Positions 53,150-64,000 of a stretch of 64,000 nt of DNA are shown here, piece after piece. The notes under the pieces were generated by a model. It was not told the origin of the DNA. It was given only the letters and a program-made list of their open reading frames with translations, and searched no databases. Origin of the DNA: Vicugna vicugna (taxonomy: Eukaryota); the NCBI GenBank assembly GCA_013265495.1, contig MU058198.1, positions 2,740,419-2,804,418 of the forward strand. The letters are read 5' to 3'. How positions within the stretch are numbered: the first letter of the stretch is position 1; each line of letters opens with the position of its first letter. Made by a program: the position numbers and the translations under genes.

Positions 53150-53460
53150 ACTCTAATTAAGAGCTCGAATCTTGGAGTCCGACTGCCTGGGTTTCATCCC
53201 AGCTCTGTCCATTACTGAGTATGTGTTAGCCTTAGTCTCATTTTCTGTAAGTTAGGAATTATAATAGTACCTATCTCTGAAGATAAATGAGGTAGTGCAT
53301 GCCAAGTGATTTGCACAAAAGCAGCATTCAATAATGTTAGGATTAAAGAAGCGACATGATGTGAGGATAATGGTAAAAAATCTCATAGGTTGTGGTGAAT
53401 ATTAAATGAGTTAATACATGCCCAGTGTTTGAAACAAACTTGGAAGTTATTATCTGTAGT
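53150..53460 (+). mobile_element. MIR fragments
   Basis: ttggagtccgactgcctgggtttcatcccagctctg...tctcattttctgtaa; ggttgtggtgaatattaaatgagttaatacatg. Confidence 0.7.
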
Positions 53461-53970
53461 AGTAGGATTGTCCTAAGGTTTCTGGGGATGGGTCTGGTTT
53501 GGCTACAAAATTTCCCCTAGCTTGGGCTAAGGTCCACGGAGCGTGGTCAAGTTAGCACCTGAAGAAGGTTGCTGAAAAGGGATGTTCAGTTTGGGGAGTG
53601 GGTGGTGGTGGTCACTCCGACAGTCTATGGGGGTACTCACTTGATGAACAGCTGGACAGCGTGGCATGGCATTGTTGAGGAGAGACAACTTAGCTGGGTT
53701 CTTGTCCACAGTCATTTAGGCCTTTCTGATGCACAGTTCTGATCCACTAGTGTGGTCACTCAGGGTAGTACTGGGTCGGTCACTCAAGCCTGTCTTGGTC
53801 ATAGTCACTGAGAACTGTCCTGTGGGCAGTCACTTAGGAATCATTCCAAGAAGAATTGCTCCTGGATGAGCCCTGCGCGCCCTCTGTTTCCTCCTCCCTG
53901 TGCCGCGGCGTGAAGAAGTCCTGGACCTTAGGGACGCTGTGGGACCTGCTCAGCTCCCCGGGGAGCAGAA

Positions 53971-53987
53971 TGCCGCTAGGGGGCGGC
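53971..53987 (+). promoter_or_regulatory. CTCF-like motif
   Basis: tgCCGCTAGGGGGCGGc resembles the CTCF core CC(A/G)CNAG(G/A)(G/T)GGC(A/G). Confidence 0.55.
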
Positions 53988-54677
53988 GGCTGAGGGGTAT
54001 CCGCCCCGCGCGGCGTCCGCTCCTTGGGGCTAGCTGCCCCGCCAGGCTCGGGGAGAGGTGGAGTGACGGTGGGTGGGGGCGCACGCTTCATGGGTGTGAG
54101 ACAGAGCGAGCCGTTGGGTGTGAGTCAGCGCGCGGGGGGCTGAGGAGCTCCACGAACAGTCACGGAATCTCACTCACACTCCGCTCCTCCACCCATCCCG
54201 TCTAGAGCATGTGTCCCAGTGCCGCGCCTGCCTGCGCACAAGGCACGATGGCTGTTTCCCTCTCCGCTGGGTGAAATGGGGGTGGGCGGAAGAGAGAGTG
54301 TCCCCCTGGGTGTTTCTATGCCAAGGTTAGGAGATTTCTCCCTCCCCGCCCCATGTGGGGTGTGTCCCGCCCAGGTACGTGTGTACCTGTGTTTGCGTGC
54401 GTGCATGTGTCCGTGTGGTGGGACCGTTTATCAATGCAGGGTGCTTGTGCCTGCGCCTGGGTCTATGTCTGGGTCTGGATGGCGCAATCTCGACCCGGGC
54501 TCCCACCCCTGGGTGTCGGGAGGCCGTTGTGGCCGGGGTGTCCAGGCTTCTAGAGGAGCAAACGCCTCGACACCCTCCCATCATCACCCAAATCGGCCGG
54601 GGCTCCTTAGGGAGCGGCCTGCGTGGGGAGGGCCGGGGTGGTGTGTCCCTGAGAGGGGTAAGAAAGTGGGGGCACCG

Positions 54678-54777
54678 GGGGCGGGCCGGGTCCCCGGGCG
54701 GGGCGCGGGCTCGGGGGACCCGCGCGGCTGACGTCAGGCGACTCCTTAAATAGAGCCGGCAGCGCGCTCCGCTCGGC

Positions 54778-54782
<5 letters not shown>
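54678..54782 (+). promoter_or_regulatory. Core promoter: two GC boxes, full CRE, TATA-like box, Inr-like element
   Basis: GGGGCGGG 54678-54685, GGGCGGGG 54696-54703, TGACGTCA 54729-54736, TTAAATA 54746-54752, gcatttc 54776-54782, in canonical order and spacing. Confidence 0.75.
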
Positions 54783-55667
<885 letters not shown>

Positions 55668-56244
55668 TAAGGAGCGGGAGCCCCACTCCGCGCGCTCGGT
55701 CCTCTGAGCCCTCTCCTGCGCCTTCGCTTCCCCTTAACCTGGCTCGCCGTGTGGGTTCCGGCTAACACGTGGGGGAGACTCTAGGAGAAGGATTCATCCA
55801 GAACTTCCCAGTGAATGTGTAGATGGGCGCGCGGCTTCTTGGGCAAAGGATGGTTGGCTCTGGAGTCGCCGCAAGGGAAGGGAGATCTCCGGCCAGACCT
55901 CGGGACGAGCTGCTGGAGGGCTGGCTCCGTGTCCAGCCTCTGGGGTGGAGCTGGGTGTCCAGGGAAGCGGCAGCCAGGACACGTGCTGCCTGAACACAGC
56001 CCTCTCCTGACCCTCGCCAGCTCTTCCCTGGCCTCTGACGGACCCTGAGAAGGGGAAGTCCGAACAGGGCCCCCTTGCGGCAGGACTCTGCGCTTGGGCG
56101 AGGTCCCCGGAGTTTAGGCCGAATGACAGGGCGTCCCCTGAAGTGTCAGGATGAGAAAGGTCTTTTCTGGAGTCTCCTTCTCAGCTCCAGGTATTTGCTG
56201 CTGTATCTGAGCAGAGACTCCCAATCGCTCTGACCCTGAATTAG

Positions 56245-56420
56245 TGTTTTTGAGTAGTAGAAAGGACCCTGGATGTGAGTCTTGGCTCTTCCGCTTAGCT
56301 TGAGCAAATTCCTAAAACTCATTGAGCCTCAATTTTCTCATCCATCACAATGAGCAGAAAAAGTCCCTGCCCTGTCTGCCTCCCAAGGCCTTTCTAAAGT
56401 GCTTTAAAAGTGTAACAAAG
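56245..56420 (+). mobile_element. MIR fragment
   Basis: ttgagcaaatt...tgagcctcaattttctcatc. Confidence 0.55.
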
Positions 56421-59400
56421 ACACTTTGCACAGGGATGCTTCTAAGCCTAACAAGATGTGGAATTTGGAATACTGGTGAGCATCTCAGATGAAGATTGGC
56501 TAGGGTCCCAGGGGCCACTAGTCATAGGTAGACCATCCAGTCCCCCACTGCACTGCTGGGGTTGCCAGTCATCCAGGCTGGTGGTGTCTGGGAATATCCT
56601 GAAGCTTCTGGAAGGTGGCAACCTCCACTGTTCAATGCCTATTTACCTTCCAAGCCCTGTATGGTGTTGGGGTGTAGGACTGGCCCACATGGGGGGGGGT
56701 GAGCAAGGCATCCCTGGGGATGATGTAATGAATGGGTTCCCCATAACACATGGGTCACAGAATTCTCACCATCCACTGGCCCCTTGAAGACTTGCTAGAA
56801 ATGTCTGCATAGTGATGGAACTGGGGAGGGGTAACATGGTAGCTGACACAGTAACAGAGGGCTTTTTAAAAAAAAATTTATAAAAGTAAAGCCTTTAGGG
56901 AGTAGAAAGTCATAAGCCTGTTGGATAAAGGGCAACTTCATTAGAAGAAGGACCACCCCCTCTGGGTTCCTAATAGGGATCCTGGATTTGTAAGAAGGGG
57001 GATCACAGGGCCAACTTGTCCCATTTGCCAGTGAGCTCTGGCCTACTGTGGTCATGGTTTTGGACAGGAGTGGAACATGCCCCGTCCTCAGGGGACAGAC
57101 ACACAGTCCATCCCCAGCAGAGCGCAGTAGGGAACAGCTGGCCGGTGGGTGGCCTGAGCACTGTTACATTGGCTCAGTGACATAGGGTGGCACAGGATGG
57201 CAGATCTGGCCTCTCCAAGCTGTGACCCACAGGCGTCCCATCCTGGTGCGCGAGGTGTACAAGGACAGCGTCGGAGCCAGACCCCAGGGCAGGGGAGACA
57301 AATGCATCCAAGAGCAGAGTGCTGTGTGGGTCAGCCATGGCCACGCTCTAATACACAGCAGGGTTTCCTCGATGGAAAGTCTAAAGATCATTATGAAACC
57401 CTTTGCCAAAGTGAAGTGCCTTTTAAGTGCAAAATAGCAAAATTCTGAGCATCTGGCTTATACTGTGCCCTCTGGTAAACACCTCTTCCCTGCATCCAGC
57501 CTCTGACTCCTTCTCTCATTTGCTCCACCACCAAACACCACACCTCAGGCTTCCTTCTTGGAGCCCTTGTCATTCAGGGATGGCTGCTTTTTATTTTTAA
57601 CCTTGGTATGTGTGATTCTAAGCCAGCTTAGCTGTGAACCTTAGAGATGGGAGCCGTGGTTTTTTTTTTTTTTCAATATAGCACATTCGGATTCTGCTAA
57701 AATTCTCAGCTGAATCTTGGTAGGTTTTATTTAACATCAAGCATGCTGACAGCTCCATTTCTCTCTCTACTCCCGATACCCCCGACTTCCCAAGGTCTGA
57801 CTTCCCTTCCCTTTCCCCCTTTATATTTCTAAAGGAGCATTTAGCCCACAGGTCTGGTACTAATCGCCCCATCCCCAGAAGGCTGGGAGCCCACAGCATC
57901 AGGAGGGGCTGTGTAGTTTGTGCTTCGTGCTGTTGCAAATCCACATCCCAGAGTCAAGGTGTAGCTTTCTGGTGTAGATTGCCATTTCTGCATAGGGTAA
58001 TCCTGCCCCATTTGGATGCTGTTTCCATAATTTCCAGAACATTTCTCTGTATGTTTTTTATTCTTTATTATCACTGAAGTAATTTGCAGAAGTGATGGAG
58101 ATACCTGGTTTCCTGTAAGTTCTCACTTTCTTCCTGAATTCCGTGAGTTAGGACGGCAGGTGATAGGATGCTCCTCTGTCTGCCCGCTGCCCTCATCATT
58201 TCACAGATGTGGAAACTGCAACCCCAAAAAGAGAGAGCATCTAAAATGGGATCCAAAGCAAGCTGATGAAGTTTAGAAACCAAAGTCACTGGCATGTACT
58301 GTCCCACAAAGATTTATACATACACACTGTGTGTGTGTGTGCATGTGCGCACAGATGTTTGCGTTTCCAGTGAAGTACTCTAACCACTGTTTTACACAGC
58401 TTGGCACCATGAAGCCAGTGTCTACTGGGTAGGCATGGCCAAAGAGCCCTTGCACCTATTGTGGGGGACTGGATTTTACAAAAGTGGAGGTGCAGAGCTG
58501 CAGACAGTGGATCTCATCACCATCTGCCCACGTTGAAACCCCTGGGTTTGGAGGCCCCAGTCAGACAAACAATGGAAAAATCAAAAGAGAGACTTTTTTC
58601 TGCGGGTAAATGGAGATGAACCAGGAGGTGACAAACGGTGTCTGAAGGCAGAATGATAGCGCCAAAGAGACACCACTGACCAAAGAGACCAGGAGCCAGA
58701 ATCTACACCTTCCTTGCCCCCAGCCTCAGCCCCCTCATGGAATCAGCCCAGTTCAGGCCACCCTAGGAGAGCCCAGTCCTCTGCGGCAGGGTCCCTCCCC
58801 TTACACAGTTCTCTGAGATCCGATCACTGATGCTTACCTCACCTCTGCACCTGGCCAGGTTCCCGTCTCCCAGTTTCCTCCTCAAGGTAGCAGCTGGGTG
58901 TGCAGGGTGGGGTCAGCTAGCTACTTGGACAGAGACGCAGAGTGAGACCATGCTGACGAGGGACCCAGGAAGGCCCTGCTGCCAGAAGGCCAGAGACAGT
59001 CACCTAGATGTCACGTCATTGGAAGCAGAGTGAGCCTCCTGATGCTTGGCTTCTTATCATATGGTGGCGCCTACGGTGACTACCACGGAGGGTTCTTTTG
59101 AAGAATGAATGAAACACTGCATATGAAGGTGCCCTGGAAAATTCTCTGGTATATAAAGAGAAGGCAGTAACATTGTCACTATCACTACTATTACTCCCAT
59201 ACTTCACCACCCTCTGTTATCACCATCGGCACTGTTAGTGTGGGAACTACTGGTTTCTGTCCTACTGCTGTTACTCCATGGGGCTGAGGAATGAATTAAT
59301 TGCTGGAAAAGTAGTTCCATGATAGATGAGGAAGAGTCTTGGCCTTAAGTTCTACTTTCAGCTCTGCTTTAATTATCTTTTTTTGTCACCTCCCTCTCTC

Positions 59401-60583
59401 CCTTCCTTCTCTCCTTCTTTCTGCATTGGTTAAAAAGTCACTTTTCATTTCTGGTTGTCAGCTTGCTCACCTTTAAAATGAGAATGATGTCTGACAACGT
59501 ATGTGCCTTAGAGCCCCCCAACCTAAGAATTTATTTGCGATGCTATCATTCATCAAGGCTTGGGTGCGAGACAGAATACTCAGGGTCTTCATCTCTTATG
59601 AAAAGATACAGGTGCTGCCTTGCCCAGCAGTTTTGCAAGTCTTAGGGGAAGCTGAGTTTTGTGTAAAGTGTTCTCCATTTGGCTAGTTTTCAGCAGCGGG
59701 GGATGGGGAGCCCATGTGATGAGGAAGTGAATCTTCCCTAAATGTGCCAAAATGCCAACAAGAGCAAGTTAATATGAGATAATTGACTCTGTGCTCCAGT
59801 GTCAAAATTGTGATAGATGAGCCTGTTCTGTACATTTTAGACTCCACTTCACAACTCTGGTTACTTATTTGTTCGGCGGCGGTGGTTTCTGGGGGACAGT
59901 GTAAGGCAAAGAAGACACAGCACTTGCCCATGGAGGCAACAGTCTAAGTGAGAAAGAGAATAAAAAGCACAGAATAAGGTCTATCGCCTTATCCAGCTCT
60001 TTAAATCAAGAAATCAAATTCCAATAGCAAAGCCAAACTTTAGAAAGGCAAAACTTTAAGAAGAAATGAAACCAAAGGCAGAAGTCTTTTCCATCTTTAG
60101 CAAACAGATGACACATGACACACAGACTGACCCACACTTGTTGAGTGTGCACAGATGCGTGTGCATGCACACACAATTCCAGCGTGTGTGCAGACACGTC
60201 TTCAGAAGGAGTTTTCCTGCCTTGGTCCAGGAGGATGTCACACACACGCTGATTAAATGAACCCGTTGACTCCATAAATCCTCCGTCCGTCTTGTAGCTT
60301 GGTGTCAGCCTCGCAGCAGCTGGAGATACAGTAGTTAGTTCCAGCACATGTACGGTTCTTGTCAGGCACCGAGGAGCATTCAGAATGGGCAAGCACAACT
60401 GTCACCGCTCAAGGAGGCTTTCTGAAGAGCTGGCTTCGCCTCCCCCTGGAGCTGAGAGGGACGATGGGAGAGCTTGGCATGAAGACCAGGCTTCCCCCAT
60501 GGCCTGTTTAGGAAGAAAAGGCCCTGATCAGCCTCAGTGCTGTTCAGCTCGCACACATTGCCAAGTCTGTGTTGGATGTTAAA

Positions 60584-60693
60584 CTGTTGCATGGATTCTA
60601 AGAAGCACTTATTTTTTTTTTCTGCCTTTTAACATCTCTGAAATGAGGATGTGTCTTAGTGATTGATAGGAGTCTTAGATTCCATGAGATATG
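60584..60693. mobile_element. MER104-like Tc1/mariner-family MITE
   Basis: Inverted repeats catggattctaaga / tcttagattccatg around ttttaacatctctgaaat. Confidence 0.65.
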
Positions 60694-63203
60694 ATGCTCC
60701 CATATTGGATGGAAGCTCTCTCCCTCAGAGGTGCCCTCTGCTCTGGACACCTGTTGGACCTTACAAAGGGCCAGTGACAGGTGGTGGATGCCTGGCCCAG
60801 TGGGGAGCCCGGGAGATCCTGCTCGTCTCTGCAGCCAGCTGGGGTCTCTTCCGGTTGGTCAAGGAGCTGACCCATTTAGATGTTTGATGGTTACCCATGC
60901 CATCTCCTTGAAAATGTCTCTTCTGAAATGAGGGAAAGTGCAGGTTGATACCCACCGGGAGACAAGAAGATGCTATGGTGGGCGTATTCTTCACTGGTTG
61001 CTATACCACCCAGATATTTAGGGTCACATCCCTAAAGTCCCTAATAGGTTCAGGGCAGGGCTGAGTCACCTGCATGCCTGCTTCTATTCCATGCATCAGG
61101 CATTAGGGTAACTTTCTTCCCGTCGGTTAGACCTCCGCGAATCATTCCTGAATGACGGAGTGACCGAGTGGGTGGGGAGGGGGCAGAAGCACACAGCTCC
61201 CCTTTGATCGGAGTCCACTGGAGGACCTGGAGGGGAAGCCGTCCCTATGAGCGAGGGCTTGGTGGCAGTGGGGTGGGTAGATAAGCTGTGAGTCAGGCTG
61301 GAGGGGTCTGAAAGGTCACGCAGTCTACCCAAACCTGGGGGTCTCTCTCTCTCTCTCCTCCAGAACCAACCCCGGGGCAGGTTAATCCATTTATTTGTCA
61401 GACGCCTACCATTTGCCAGCATCAGTGCCAAGCTGCTGCAGGCCGGCTCTGCTGCCACTTTGTTCTCCTAATGGGCTGCACTGATGGGCTGGAGTGCTTT
61501 GTAGTCCTTGGGCAGCTTGATGAGGTGGGTAAAAGCCACCAGTGAGTGGAAATAACCTAGCATTTCAGAGGTAATTGCTGCCTGTCAAGCTACACGGTTG
61601 GACTGTTGGTCCAATGCCTCACTCACGGGGCTTCCTCAGGGGATAATGGCATAGAAAGAGGGGCCAGGGGTTACCATTGAGCATGTGCTTCCAAGGAACG
61701 GGGGCCAGACTGGTTGCGTGATCGGGGGCTTGAGCATCACATGATGTCCTGGACCCAAGTCCACTGGGAGTGGCTTCCCAGCCTTTGAAATCGGCAGTGC
61801 TGATTCCATCCTGGTTGCATTTCAGGGCCCATGGCCACCAGCCCCCATGAATAAGAAAATTAGGGCCATCTTCTGAAGGGCAGCATCACCCCCACACCTC
61901 TGAGGGTAGTATTTTCCAGGCTTCAGACACTTTTGTACCACCTTCATAGTTGCCAATACCTGGCACGACCTTTACTATTATTTTCTTAATATTTCTGTTT
62001 AAGTTAACACATTTAAAAATGATAATTTTTCATAAAGAATGGGGCTTATTGTTTCTTCAGCGTGTACAGTTTAGAAAAGATAATATGTTCCCACAGTGCA
62101 GGTGTCAAAAGTGACAAAGGGTATTGGATGAAAACCACTCCCCTCCTTTCCACCAGGTCTCCCCTCCATGCAGTTACTTCCCTTCCCAGGAGCAATTACA
62201 GGGACCCGCTTTTGTGTATCCTTCTAGAGATGTGCTGTGCATCTGTAAGCCCAACACCCAGGATGCAAATGTAGTTAAAATACGTATTTTCAAAAAAACA
62301 GCTTTGTTTGAAAACTACCCTGGATGGGAACCAGCCATCCCTTGCCATAATTAGAAAGTAATCGTAAAAAAAATAGACTCCTTGGTGTAATCAGAAGGAA
62401 TGACAGTGAAGTGGGAAAAAGAATAAATGTCCTCACTATGTGGTTGAGTGACACTTAGTAGGTCTATATAGTAGCTAGAATTACCGAGCTGGGGTAGGTA
62501 TATACCGACATCATGGGAAACCCTGCTAGAGTTTGCGGGAAATCCAGTGTAAGTAAATCCAGTGATGTTTCCAGCTTTCAGATTCCTTTGATGTGTTAAT
62601 GATTGAAAGAGACAAGCCAAAGGAAAACTCAGAACAAATATGAACATTCAGAAAAGTATTGTGACTTGCAATATTTACAAAGTAGTTTAGCCTTTTCCGA
62701 AGAACAAAGTTCCCTGAATAAAGGGTATAGCAAGTATTTAAAAGGAAAAAAAAAAAAAGGACGAGGTTACTATTGGTTTCATCACTATTCTCGCTGGTGG
62801 GAAATCAGTGGTCTCCCCCATGAATATCGTATCTCCATAGGTCGTCACGTACCTGCAGGTGTCGGTGTTGCACAGGTCAGAGATAGAGTTGTTTCCACTA
62901 GGGACTTGACAACTTATGTGAAAGGGGCTCAAAGCTCTTTCTGTTTTTTTGTTTTTAAGATTTTGAGGCTCATGTGAGGCAGGATGTCTTTTTGAAGTCT
63001 CGGGATGCAAAGTTCCTTTTCTTCCCCTCAGCTGTGCATGACATGAGGCTTAAGCATAACGGCAGGGCGGGATGTCACTCTTGCTTTCTCAGGCAGTCTG
63101 ATCTCACTGAATAAAGAGGGGAAGACAGTGTCCTTTCTTTGCACGGACTTTTTAGCTGCGAAAAAGGCACTCTGGGGAAAGTTGTTCCTGGGACCTCCCA
63201 TTC

Positions 63204-63257
63204 TTTTTTTTTTTTTAATTGAAGTATAGTCAGTTACTATGTGTCAATTTCTGGTGT
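63204..63257 (-). mobile_element. Ultra-short young L1 3' end (54 bp) in intron 1
   Basis: T13 + aattgaagtatagtcagtt...gtgtcaatttctggtgt, same text as 27293 onward; TSD ccattc (63198-63203, 63258-63263). Confidence 0.8.
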
Positions 63258-63579
63258 CCATTCCTTGTTAACAGAAGCAAGGTGGAGGGCGTCTGTGATA
63301 GCAGGGCTCCTAAACCCTGGGCAGATAGTCAACAACAGTGATGAGGAGGGGCTTTCTGCTAACTCAGGGCCCCTTGTCTTGGTGCTCACTGTCAGGTGAA
63401 GGCGTCCCAGATCAACCCTGAGGCTGGTGAAGAGGTGAGCCGTTGAAGCAGTGCCTCGGGAGGCACCGTAAAGGGATCTTATTGGAGGAAAGGAGCAGAG
63501 CCTTAAATTCAAGGATGAGATGAACTCAGAGTGGAGACCAGGAGACAGAAACTCCCAGGGGAGGCAGTTTCAGCACAGA

Positions 63580-63790
63580 AATTAAAAGCTTGGAGTCTCC
63601 AATCAGAACGCATGAGTTGGAATCTCGGTTCTACCACCTGCCAGGTGTGTGTGGCTTCTCTGGGCCCCCGTTCTATCTGCACAGGGGACAACTCCTCTTG
63701 CCTACACATAGGGATGCTGTGAGGACTGAACGAGTGATATCATGTAAAAGTGCTCAGGAAATGTCTGGCACGTGGAAGGTGTGTTCCCAC
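63580..63790 (+). mobile_element. MIR SINE
   Basis: aatctcggttctaccac...gctgtgaggactgaacgagtgatatcatgtaaaagtgctc...gtctggcacgtgg. Confidence 0.65.
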
Positions 63791-64000
63791 AAGTGTTGGC
63801 TGTCACTCTAGGTCATGAATCCTTTATCGAGGAAAGTGCGGGGGACCTGGAGATGCGTAAGACACAAGGCCTGCTCCTGAGCTCCTCCTAGTTTGATGGG
63901 TTGTGAAATGTTCCTGGAAATTTTTACACAAGTCAGCTGACGGTAGGAACCATAACAGAGATACATGCACGGAGAGGAGATGAAATCCAATTGGGGGAAT

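Overview
Mammalian (eutherian) genomic DNA, not microbial. It is probably camelid, inferred from five copies of a tRNA-Ala(AGC)-derived SINE, cetartiodactyl-type L1 3' ends, and no ruminant, pig or primate SINEs that I could recognise. The only protein-coding sequence I can support is coding exon 1 of HS3ST2 (heparan sulfate 3-O-sulfotransferase 2; ATG 55182, donor after 55666, + strand). It lies in a CpG island (~53870-56130) with a compact GC-box/CRE/TATA-like/Inr-like promoter. Positions 1-53800 are repeat-rich upstream intergenic DNA (L1, L2, L3/CR1, MIR, MaLR/ERVL LTRs, hAT MITEs and two ERV1-type solo LTRs with perfect TSDs), and 55667-64000 is intron 1. I found no evidence of a new multi-gene system. 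The most interesting signals are regulatory or retrotransposition-related: three ATGs in three frames at the HS3ST2 start, a CTCF-like site at the island edge, a solo LTR with a tandem CCAAT array plus octamer, a homeodomain-site cluster, a perfect 17-bp palindrome, and two insertions whose TSDs enclose extra sequence (possible 3' transductions). Repeat family names are from recalled consensus features, not a database search; boundaries without TSDs are approximate.
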